A stretch of DNA of 49,447 bases. It comes from Desulfobacterales bacterium (GTDB lineage: Bacteria > Desulfobacterota > Desulfobacteria > Desulfobacterales > UBA11574). Below, in pieces: positions 18,886-27,288 of this stretch; position 1 is the first letter of the stretch; every line of letters starts with the position of its first letter. The DNA is taken from assembly GCA_041548585.1 (NCBI GenBank), contig JBFESJ010000002.1:1-49447 (forward strand). Reading direction: 5' to 3'. A program made the translations under genes and the position numbers. The notes under the pieces are model-generated. The model saw only the letters and a program-made list of their open reading frames with translations. It was not told the DNA's origin and made no database searches.

Positions 18886-20196
18886 ATGAGAAGATTACTT
18901 ACTATCATTGCTGTATTTGGAATTGTTTTTGCTATTGCAACGCAGTCAGGTTTAGCAATTGAAATTCAGTTTCGCAGTTTTAGCGGTGCAGCAGCAATTG
19001 GCCCACCGGCAGAAGACTACTCGGCTAAGCTGGAAAGGATAACAACAGCGACCCTTGGCAAGGCTGGAAAGATTAAATTTACTAAAATCTCACCCAGGCC
19101 GGCCATCCCCAGTCAATTCAAAGGCGACATCGTTGCAGCCGTTGATGAAGGCGGTCCTTTGACTAAGGGGAAGGGATTTGATGCGGCGTATATATCTGGA
19201 TCGAGTTTAAATTCTGCATGGGGTTTTATTTACAACTCAGGCGTACCTTTTGGGCCTAATTTTGATGAATTTTTAGGCTTTCTTTATGGGAACAGCGTCA
19301 ATAATGGGCGTGAAAAAGGCTTAGATTTACTTCAGAGAACATTTGATAAACGAAACAAGAATGTCGTAGCAATTCCCATCGTCGGAAGCAGTCACCAAGG
19401 CTCTGGTTATTTCATGAAACCTGTCGGTGAAACTGATTCTATACCTGGTATCGGTTTAAAAGGCTTGTGTCAGGAAGAATGGACCTTTCGCTATTTGCCC
19501 CCGGCTCAATATGTTCTGGACTTGGCTTGTGACAACCTGGTTGCGGATGGCGTGATTCCGAAGAAGAAAATTAGATTTGTTACCGCCGTTGCCGGCGGTA
19601 AAATTGTTCTAAAAGTAATTGTCGGTGAGGTTCAAGCATTTGAATTTGCTACCCCGATGGATGATGTATCGGTTCTTTTCAGCCGCCCCGAGGGCAATCC
19701 AGGAACTGTAGGCGCAAGATTCCTGCACTATCCCGGCTGGCACCAGCCATTCCTGGTCACTTATTTGATTATTAATAAGCATGTGTGGAACATGCTCACT
19801 GAAGTGCAAAAAACGCTCGTGATGAGTATCGCACGCGATCATGTTGCATCTTCTTATGCAGAGAATCTCAGGCAGCAAGGTGAAAAATTGCGTAAAATTC
19901 TCGAAACTAACAAAAATGATGCCGACAAAAATAACGATATAGTGCTGGTACAATGGCCTGATAGCGATCTCAAACTGCTGAAGAATGCATCTATTGAATT
20001 TCTGAATACTCGAGATAAGGACCCGTCACTTGACGCACAGGATCGAAAAGATTATGCAGAGATTCTTAATGCGTTCAGGGTATACGTGAATAGCAATAAT
20101 GGTTATTGGAAACGAAGGGATGTACCAAGTAAGTTTCGGTTCTCAGGCTGGTTCGATAAAGAGGGTAAAAAGAGTTGGGACCAGAGCTTTGAATGA
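18886..20196 (+). CDS. Periplasmic solute-binding protein, TRAP DctP-like (COG4663-type), with no transporter subunits adjacent
   Basis: AGGAGGG RBS and a signal peptide. Blocks resembling family-7 TRAP SBPs: DAAYISGS...VPFG...FLYG, GSGYFMKP, EFATPMDD, YPGWHQP...INKHVWNML. Confidence 0.55.
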   Translation: MRRLLTIIAVFGIVFAIATQSGLAIEIQFRSFSGAAAIGPPAEDYSAKLERITTATLGKAGKIKFTKISPRPAIPSQFKGDIVAAVDEGGPLTKGKGFDAAYISGSSLNSAWGFIYNSGVPFGPNFDEFLGFLYGNSVNNGREKGLDLLQRTFDKRNKNVVAIPIVGSSHQGSGYFMKPVGETDSIPGIGLKGLCQEEWTFRYLPPAQYVLDLACDNLVADGVIPKKKIRFVTAVAGGKIVLKVIVGEVQAFEFATPMDDVSVLFSRPEGNPGTVGARFLHYPGWHQPFLVTYLIINKHVWNMLTEVQKTLVMSIARDHVASSYAENLRQQGEKLRKILETNKNDADKNNDIVLVQWPDSDLKLLKNASIEFLNTRDKDPSLDAQDRKDYAEILNAFRVYVNSNNGYWKRRDVPSKFRFSGWFDKEGKKSWDQSFE

Positions 20197-20207
20197 TGTT
20201 ATGTTGG

Positions 20208-20236
20208 GGCCAGAGGCACTATTGTTGTCTCTGGCC
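20208..20236 (+). terminator. Hairpin after the binding-protein gene (terminator candidate)
   Basis: GGCCAGAG-N13-CTCTGGCC 12 nt after the stop, with a T-rich but interrupted tail. Confidence 0.4.
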
Positions 20237-20351
20237 ACGGCTTGTTTCTTGCAGATGTGAAGATACCCGGGAAAATAGGGAACGATGGCGAAATATGGGG
20301 CATCCTCGATTTTAACTCGATTGAGGTACAAGTAATGTTTAGGGGTAAGTT

Positions 20352-20585
20352 GTGTTAGTCTTAAAGTGTGCTGCATGTAAAAAGAAACTCTGGAAATACG
20401 ATAAAATTGGCCCCGGTGAAGTGTTAAGATGCCACAAAGACCGAATCATAAAAATATATGCATCAATAAAGGAACATAACAAAATAAAATGCCGATGTGG
20501 AAAGAATGTCGGTATAGATAAAGAAACCCACATAAAAATGATCGGTAATGCATTCACGCATACGGGAACAAAGCGGAACAAATAG
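20352..20585 (+). CDS. Small basic zinc-ribbon-like protein (77 aa)
   Basis: GTG start with AGGGG 6 nt upstream. CAAC...C..., CRC cysteine pairs. No family recognised. Confidence 0.45.
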   Translation: MLVLKCAACKKKLWKYDKIGPGEVLRCHKDRIIKIYASIKEHNKIKCRCGKNVGIDKETHIKMIGNAFTHTGTKRNK

Positions 20586-20735
20586 CAAGCAGACAAAACA
20601 GGAAGGCCAAACTATTTCTGTTATAAACACATTACCGGTTATGGTGCTTGAAGAAGAAAAAAAACAGAGGGAAAGCCATACTCAATTCGATCTTTTCGTC
20701 TCAAATAACTTCGAAAAGCGGTTGCTTATCAATTG

Positions 20736-20936
20736 TCAGGTGACCAACCAGAATATAATCGCCCAGAAAGGAAGACAAAAGAGAAAGCCAAAAATGGCCC
20801 CCCTGAAGAAATAGCTCGGTTCATCATAATGATCCGAGACTCTTTCCGATGTTTCCTCCTCATCCACTGACGAGCATTCACCTTCCGAAGCAACATGGCC
20901 CTCTTCAAAAGCTACGGCGGAATGAATTGCTTCCAT
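20736..20936 (-). CDS. Small acidic tail-anchored membrane protein (66 aa)
   Basis: Strong RBS GGAGGTG 7 nt before the ATG. Acidic N-terminal half, then a single C-terminal TM (GAIFGFLFCLPFWAIIFWLV). Confidence 0.55.
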   Translation of the reverse strand: MEAIHSAVAFEEGHVASEGECSSVDEEETSERVSDHYDEPSYFFRGAIFGFLFCLPFWAIIFWLVT

Positions 20937-21299
20937 TGTATAACACCTCCATCTTCTATTATAGCAAAACCAATGCCATAGCTTCTTTTAGGGTCGTTTT
21001 AATTTCAAATGCCAAGTTTTATTAATAGGTTAAATTGTCTGCTCCGATTCGCCCATTGTAATTTTGCAGAAATAGTAGTTGCGACAATATTTTATGCATG
21101 TGACAAAATAATGTCATGCTGATAGGATATGACGGTCGAATATTTTATATAATTATTGGAAAATCAGGGAGGTTGATCTGTTTATAACTTGAAAGGAATA
21201 CCGGAAAAATCCAATGTCGGTGAACATGGTCTGAATGAGGCCAATGCAATGCATGATTGCTGCCGGGTGACTCTCATTGTGTTTGTACCGATTTCAAGG

Positions 21300-21572
21300 T
21301 TATCCCACATAATTGACACAGAATGGTATCTCCGATGGCCTGCCCGTTGAAATCCAAGGGTATCTGCTTTCGAGATCTTTGAGGCGGCTTTTCAAATAGG
21401 CCACCCGTTCCTTCAGTTCCTGGTTTTGGGGGTCCGGTCGAAGATCGGCTTCGGCATCGCGCAGGCGAGTCCGAAGGTCAAGATACTCCCGCTCGAGATG
21501 CTGAACCCTGTTGCGATGTTCCCAAATAATTCTAAACAGTACATGTTCTTCGGGAATTTTTGGTGTTTTCAT
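21300..21572 (-). CDS. Hypothetical coiled-coil protein (90 aa)
   Basis: AAGGA RBS. Heptad-like charged helix (LEREYLDLRTRLRDAEADL...LKSRLKDLESR). Confidence 0.5.
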   Translation of the reverse strand: MKTPKIPEEHVLFRIIWEHRNRVQHLEREYLDLRTRLRDAEADLRPDPQNQELKERVAYLKSRLKDLESRYPWISTGRPSEIPFCVNYVG

Positions 21573-21743
21573 GGTTTTTATCCTTCAAGTAATGGAAACA
21601 CATGTATTGATCTTAGATGATCATAACCTGGTTTTAGGTGTTGTCAAGCAATTCATTCAATAAAGATTTAAGACGTCTAATACCCTCAGAACGTGACCCG
21701 TTTAAAATCGAATCCTCTGATTGTTTGTTATCTTCGGTGAAAT

Positions 21744-21776
21744 TCACTTGAATAAAATCTGTCCAAGTGACATTAT
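21744..21776 (+). promoter_or_regulatory. Sigma-70-like promoter overlapped by a 7-bp inverted repeat
   Basis: TTGAAT-N17-CATTAT. TCACTTG-N13-CAAGTGA spans the spacer. About 150 nt upstream of the Fe-S protein gene. Confidence 0.3.
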
Positions 21777-21923
21777 ATCAGCCTTCAGCGAGTTAAAATA
21801 GAGCGAACTTCGAGTTATAACTGTATTTATTCTGCTTTTTTATGATATGAATCGATTCCGGTCCCAAGGTAAGAATAGGGGATGGTTAGAAAAAATGAGT
21901 AGCTTGTCAAAAGGAGAAATATA

Positions 21924-22982
21924 ATGAAGGATGTGTACCGGCAATTGGCAAATCACCTGGATAATCTGCCGGCCGGGTTTCCGTCCACCGACACAGGTGT
22001 TGAACTGCGGATTCTAAAGCGGCTTTTTTCGCAACAGGAAGCAGAGATCGCCACTGGCCTGACCATGATGCCCGAGACGGTCGATGTCATTGCCAAACGA
22101 ACGGGTCGGGGCGAAGCCGAGCTGGCCACGATGCTGGAAAACATGTCCAAAAAGGGGCTAATCTTTCGTTTGTCCAAAGGCGGACAAAAGCAATATATGG
22201 CCGCTCAGTTTTTGATCGGCATTTGGGAATACCATCTCAACGATTTGGACGAAGACTTGATCCGTGACGTAAACGAATACCTGCCGTACTTTACCAAAGC
22301 GGCTTGGGAGAATCAAAAAACAAAGCAGTTGCGCATCGTGCCGATCTCTAAGAGCATCAACGCTGAAATGGCGGTCATGCCCTACGAAATGGCGGAAGAG
22401 ATTATAAAAAAGCAATCCAAGATTGTAGTTTCCCCCTGTATTTGCCGTCGGGAGCACGAGATAGCGGGGAAAAGCTGCGACAACCCCAAAGAGGTCTGCC
22501 TAATCTTTGGCAGCGGCGCCTATTATTACGAGGAGAACGGCCTGGGACGATCCATCATTCAGGATGAGGCCCTTACCATTCTGAATACCGGTCTGGAAGC
22601 CGGACTTGTACTTCAGCCGGGCAATGCCCAAAAGCCGAGCAACATATGCATGTGTTGCGGGTGTTGCTGTCAAATTCTGAAAAATTTGAAAGTACTGGAA
22701 CGCCCGGCCAAAGTGGTGCACACCAACTATTATGCAGAAGTGGCCATAAAGGACTGCACTGCCTGCGAAGCCTGTGCGGAACAGTGTCAGATGGACGCTA
22801 TCGAAGTGGAGGAAGTGGCAAAGGTAGACCCCGATCGATGTATTGGATGCGGCCTTTGTGTGATCGAATGTCCTGGCGACGCAATGATACTCAAGCAAAA
22901 AGATGCTGCCGATCTGTATGTTCCACCTGAAAATACATTTGAAACATATCTGACCATGGCGCGTGAAAGAGGTAAAGTTTAA
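21924..22982 (+). CDS. Fe-S protein: N-terminal helical (wHTH-like) domain, CxC/CMCCGCCC cysteine cluster, C-terminal 2x[4Fe-4S] ferredoxin domain
   Basis: 352 aa. CICRREHEIAGKSCDNPKEVC, CMCCGCCC (22647-22670), CTACEACAEQC, CIGCGLCVIECP. Clear paralogue of 35225-36307. Confidence 0.8.
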   Translation: MKDVYRQLANHLDNLPAGFPSTDTGVELRILKRLFSQQEAEIATGLTMMPETVDVIAKRTGRGEAELATMLENMSKKGLIFRLSKGGQKQYMAAQFLIGIWEYHLNDLDEDLIRDVNEYLPYFTKAAWENQKTKQLRIVPISKSINAEMAVMPYEMAEEIIKKQSKIVVSPCICRREHEIAGKSCDNPKEVCLIFGSGAYYYEENGLGRSIIQDEALTILNTGLEAGLVLQPGNAQKPSNICMCCGCCCQILKNLKVLERPAKVVHTNYYAEVAIKDCTACEACAEQCQMDAIEVEEVAKVDPDRCIGCGLCVIECPGDAMILKQKDAADLYVPPENTFETYLTMARERGKV

Positions 22983-23088
22983 TCTCACTTGGGGGGGGCT
23001 GCGGGATGTCCATTATAAAATGAACTTACATATCAATAGGGATGCGAAACCTGAGTAAACAACCATTAATTATTTTTGGAGCAAAGAC

Positions 23089-24549
23089 ATGTCAGACGAC
23101 CTTAACAATGAAAACCAAAACAATGAAGAGCAAAGCTTCGCCGATCTTTTTGAATCTTACAGCCTTGGCATGAAAGACGATCTCCAGATCGGAGACAAAA
23201 TAAGTGGAAAGATCATTTCCATCGGAAAAAATACGGTTTTTATGGATACCGGCACCAAGGTTGACGGAACCGTTGAACGGGCCGAACTTTTAGACGACGA
23301 GGGGAATATGCTCTTTGGTGAAGGAGATGAAGTTGAGCTGTATGTGGTGGCACTTGATGAACATGAAATACGCCTTTCCAGGGCAATTTCCGGTATCGGA
23401 GGGATTGAAATTCTGAATGACGCATTTGAAAACGCTATTCCCGTGGAAGGAAAGATTAGCGAAACCTGCAAAGGCGGTTTCCGCGTGGACCTGCTTCAGA
23501 GAACCGCTTTTTGCCCCATCAGCCAGATAGATGTCAGCTATGTCGAAACACCTGAGGATTACGTGGGACAGACCTATGAATTTTTGATTGCCCAATTTGA
23601 GGAAAACGGAAGAAACATCGTCGTCTCCCGGCGAAAACTTCTTGCCAAAGCCATGGAAAAAGAAAAAGAAGTCTTTTTCAGTACATATAAAAAGGGCGAT
23701 ATTTTAAAAGGCAAGGTCATTAAACTTATGCCTTACGGAGCATTTGTTGAACTGATCCCCGGCGTCGAAGGCATGGTTCACATTTCTGAACTGAGCTGGT
23801 CCCGGGTGGAAAAAACCGAAGAGGTTGTCCGCCCCGATGATACGGTTACGGTCAAGGTTATCGACATAGCGGACGGTGACAAAAAGAATCAGAAAAAAAT
23901 CTCTCTGTCCATGAGACAGGTTGACAGCGACCCCTGGGACACGGTGACAGAAAAATTTCATCCGGGAGACAAGGTAATCGGAAAAGTCACCCGGTGCATG
24001 AAATTTGGTGTTTTTGTGGAAATCGCCCCCGGTATAGAGGGCCTGGTTCATATCAGCGAGATGAGCTATGTCAAGCGAGTTGTCAATCCCGAAGATGTTG
24101 TAACCGCGGGTGAAAAGGTTTCCGTTATGGTCAAAGAACTCGATGCAAAAAGGCGGCGGATCTCTCTTAGCATCCGAGATGCCCAGGGAGATCCCTGGCT
24201 GGAGGTGTCGGACAAATTCAGTATCGGCCAGGTCATTAAAGGGACCTTGGAAAAAAAAGAAAAATTCGGCTATTTTGTTTCACTGGCTCCCGGCATTACC
24301 GGGCTTTTGCCGAAATCGAAAATCAGCGGGGCCGAAAAGCCCGGATTGATAGAACGCCTCAACGTAGGAGATTCCCTTGCCGTAACTGTGGAGGGGATCC
24401 ATAACCGTGACCGTAAAATTACCCTTGCCCCGGGAGATTCAAAAGATGAAGGCGCCTGGAAAAATTTTGCACAGTCTGCAACCGCTTCGCCCATGAGTGA
24501 TTTGGCCGATAAATTGCGGCAGGCGATGGCATCCAAAAAGAACAAATAA
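23089..24549 (+). CDS. S1 RNA-binding-domain protein (five S1 repeats; ribosomal protein S1-like)
   Basis: 486 aa. Five repeats of the pattern G..v.G.V......G.fV......G..H.SE(l/m)S. Confidence 0.75.
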   Translation: MSDDLNNENQNNEEQSFADLFESYSLGMKDDLQIGDKISGKIISIGKNTVFMDTGTKVDGTVERAELLDDEGNMLFGEGDEVELYVVALDEHEIRLSRAISGIGGIEILNDAFENAIPVEGKISETCKGGFRVDLLQRTAFCPISQIDVSYVETPEDYVGQTYEFLIAQFEENGRNIVVSRRKLLAKAMEKEKEVFFSTYKKGDILKGKVIKLMPYGAFVELIPGVEGMVHISELSWSRVEKTEEVVRPDDTVTVKVIDIADGDKKNQKKISLSMRQVDSDPWDTVTEKFHPGDKVIGKVTRCMKFGVFVEIAPGIEGLVHISEMSYVKRVVNPEDVVTAGEKVSVMVKELDAKRRRISLSIRDAQGDPWLEVSDKFSIGQVIKGTLEKKEKFGYFVSLAPGITGLLPKSKISGAEKPGLIERLNVGDSLAVTVEGIHNRDRKITLAPGDSKDEGAWKNFAQSATASPMSDLADKLRQAMASKKNK

Positions 24550-24592
24550 CGGGAGGTTGATTCTTGAATAATCCTGCATACATCTCGTAGTA

Positions 24593-24979
24593 TTAGATAA
24601 AGTTAATGCTTTTCGTAGCTGATTTTACTACAAAAATACGCTCGTTGTTACTACCCAAATCAGCAGGTGTTATGAAAAAGCCCTGGCGGTCGGGTGAATA
24701 TCCAAGAGCATAACCGGTAATAGACTCCCCATCACTAAAATCCACTACAATTTTGCGTCCTGCCCCATGGATTGTATCTTCGTATTTTTTCTTATAATCT
24801 TTATTTCCTTCGAAATTCTTAACGAAAAATACCGCCTTTAAATATTCGACATCAATTTCCTCAATTTTACCATCCAGATGATTGAGGTGAAAGCGTGCTT
24901 TGTTTGGAAAAAAATCACTGGTGTTGCCTTTCTTTAACGTACCATCTTTATATCTTACGATCACCTTGTTGATTTGCAT
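24593..24979 (-). CDS. Hypothetical protein built from two tandem beta-rich half-domains
   Basis: GAGGA RBS. Residues ~5-60 and ~76-128 align (IVVxYxDG...G....P....F.i......hFVVK). Confidence 0.6.
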   Translation of the reverse strand: MQINKVIVRYKDGTLKKGNTSDFFPNKARFHLNHLDGKIEEIDVEYLKAVFFVKNFEGNKDYKKKYEDTIHGAGRKIVVDFSDGESITGYALGYSPDRQGFFITPADLGSNNERIFVVKSATKSINFI

Positions 24980-25001
24980 AGGTTCCTCATATAGCGTGTA
25001 G

Positions 25002-25292
25002 TTAACTGAGGGGTCGGGGTATTTTTTTTGTTGAATCGCTCCATGGATAATGCTTTTTATTAAACCGTGTAAACTCGTGGTTAAAGGATCGTAAAGAAAG
25101 AACAGAATTCAATATAAAAACAATGGGTTCGCTTTGAAACAAACACTTTCTTATCTTGGAATTGTTTCGGCATGCGTCTGTTCTTTCTAACGATCCCTAA
25201 ACCACTCAAACAGTACACGCTTTTAAAAAAAGATTATCCATTCTGCTGATACATAAGTTTTTACAATAAAAACTCCCCGACCCCTCAGTTAA
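25002..25292. repeat. 291-bp imperfect foldback element (MITE-like) with perfect 18-bp terminal inverted repeats
   Basis: TTAACTGAGGGGTCGGGG at 25002-25019 and its exact reverse complement at 25275-25292. The arms (25002-25105 and 25178-25292) align along their length with indels. Central 72-nt loop. Confidence 0.8.
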
Positions 25293-25500
25293 TTATGATA
25301 ACAAAATGAAATTACATCCAAAAAGAATACAAAATCAATGCATTAACGATTTACAAAATAAATCGTTAATGATATTCGTATGATGACGAGTATCATGCTG
25401 CAACGAATAAAGCACGGAAGCTTCAATCCAATTATATATATATCGGCTTAAAATCCAATTCACTTAACAGTTAATATTGAATCAAAGGGGGGGATGTAAA

Positions 25501-25764
25501 ATGAAAGACGATTGGGCCGAAAGACTTTCTTGTGCCACTCATTGTTACAGGTGCGATCAGAAATTAGATCCAAAGGATCTGAGAATTCTTTCCGTTTATG
25601 ATCATCAGGCAATATGTACCACATGTAAAACGGAAGAAGAAAAACGACCTGATTACGAAGAGGTTTCCAGACAGATGATCGGACAGTGTATGATTGATAC
25701 GGAAATACAATACGGGGACCCTCAAGGCTTCTGCTTCCACCATTTTTATCCTTTCAAATGTTGA
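25501..25764 (+). CDS. Small cysteine-rich protein (87 aa), putative zinc ribbon
   Basis: AAGGGGGGG RBS before ATG 25501. C..HC..C ... C..C ... C spacing. No family recognised. Confidence 0.5.
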   Translation: MKDDWAERLSCATHCYRCDQKLDPKDLRILSVYDHQAICTTCKTEEEKRPDYEEVSRQMIGQCMIDTEIQYGDPQGFCFHHFYPFKC

Positions 25765-25939
25765 TATGGTATCAACTATTTGTTTTTCAATCCACGGGTG
25801 GTCGATTCTTGGTAAGAATCGTTACATTTTGTAAAAAATTCTGACACTCTCTCTCCACAATTCTTTCCTGAAATCACAGTATTATTTTAGAAATCTTATT
25901 AAAATAGGATGTTATGTTGACTTAAAATTGATTTCTCAC

Positions 25940-25955
25940 TGGCACACCTTTTGCT
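25940..25955 (+). promoter_or_regulatory. Sigma-54 (-24/-12) promoter
   Basis: TGGCACACCTTTTGCT, with correct spacing, 45-115 nt upstream of the BTLCP gene. Confidence 0.6.
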
Positions 25956-25999
25956 CATAAAAAGGGTTAGAGATATTTATATTTTGGACAAACTAAAAT

Positions 26000-26704
26000 A
26001 TGCATTTTGTTCCGTTTGTAGACAATAAAACAATTAGCATCAGCAAAAGAACGCATGTAAACGTGAATATGCATATTAGAGATAAAAAGTATAAATTAAC
26101 TGCCTTGGCGATATTCTATTGCACTGAGGTCTTTCTGTGTTTTTTCGTCGGATGTACTCGGAGGACATTAGCAACGAACGAGAATTCCCCGAGTATAACT
26201 TTGAATCTACCTGTAACAGAGATAAGAGACAACTTTCTCCCTTATGAAGAATTTTGTCGGAGAAATTCAGGGGAGTGCGGGATGAATGGGCCGACGATTA
26301 TTGAATTGACCCCAAAAATAAAGAATCTTCTATTACACGTAAATACCGCAGTCAATTTTGAAATTCGATTTGCCCTGGATCAGATTCAATATAGCAAAGA
26401 AGAATTTTGGACGTATCCGATTTCTGGGTTAGGAGATTGTGAGGATGTCGCACTTGAAAAACGATCTAGATTGACAAAATTAGGAGTCCCCAGAGGCGCC
26501 ATGAGAATTGCTATTGTTCACAGTAAAAAAACGCTCGCTTCCCACGCGTTGTTATTGGTTGAAACAACCCAAGGCACATATGCAATGGACAGACTTACCG
26601 ATCAGATCCTCTTATGGTATCAATTGCCCTATAATTTTGAAGCACGAGAAAGACCCGACGGACATTGGGAACGTTTTGATCAGGGTATTTGGACATTTTA
26701 CTAA
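26000..26704 (+). CDS. Bacterial transglutaminase-like cysteine protease (BTLCP/LapG family)
   Basis: GDCEDVALEKR (Cys), SHALLLV (His), AMDRL (Asp). Possible lipobox FFVGC. The start is ambiguous (26000 or 26069). Confidence 0.7.
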   Translation: MHFVPFVDNKTISISKRTHVNVNMHIRDKKYKLTALAIFYCTEVFLCFFVGCTRRTLATNENSPSITLNLPVTEIRDNFLPYEEFCRRNSGECGMNGPTIIELTPKIKNLLLHVNTAVNFEIRFALDQIQYSKEEFWTYPISGLGDCEDVALEKRSRLTKLGVPRGAMRIAIVHSKKTLASHALLLVETTQGTYAMDRLTDQILLWYQLPYNFEARERPDGHWERFDQGIWTFY

Positions 26705-27144
26705 CTCGTTATTGTAAAAGACATTGAAAATTGGGATATGAAATTTGATCTGAACTCTTAAACCGGAATATTGGAATAATGGAGTGTTTTTCTCCCACTA
26801 CTTCAGCACTCCATCATTCCGGCCGGCATATACGGTATACTTCATCCCTCTGGGGTGGTACCAAGACCGGGTCCTCCCCCGCTTGGCGGGATCTTCGACG
26901 GGCTCGGATTCTTTATTTTTTAACCCCAAGACGCCCAACCCACCAGAATCTTGCTGGATCATCACAATACGGATCCGTTTATTTTCTTGCTTAAGCCTTT
27001 TATGTTAATTTTGGAACAAGGTGTGACCTTTAAATTTCGGTTGAAAACACTGAATATTCAAGGTAGAAAAACCTATGATTCAGTGCTGCCTTCAAGTAAA
27101 AACTTCCCAAAACGCTGAAATCAAGAAATAGGCAGTTTTGAAAT

Positions 27145-27160
27145 TGGCTAAAATATTGCC
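27145..27160 (+). promoter_or_regulatory. Weak sigma-54-like promoter candidate
   Basis: TGGCTAAAATATTGCC has GG/GC correctly spaced, but the flanks are poorer. About 130 nt upstream of tesB. Confidence 0.3.
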
Positions 27161-27288
27161 TTTTTTTGAAAACACATGGCGGCGCTTTTTCACTGATAGT
27201 GCGAAAACAAGCAATAAAATGAGTCGAATTTTTAAGTGGTGCGAAACTTGAATTATCGTTCTTTATTTCGGTCAGACCAAGGAGAAAA

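Noticed and set aside
20548-20814. 88-aa plus-strand ORF bridging two small genes
   Set aside because: It overlaps the 3' end of the zinc-ribbon ORF and is antisense to the strongly RBS-supported 20736-20936 gene. It gives a lysine/glutamine-rich low-complexity product.
26779-27008. Two overlapping 71/74-aa ORFs in the BTLCP-tesB gap
   Set aside because: They occupy different frames of the same DNA, have no RBS and give Ser/Pro/Arg-rich products. The region is treated as a possible RNA or decayed sequence instead.
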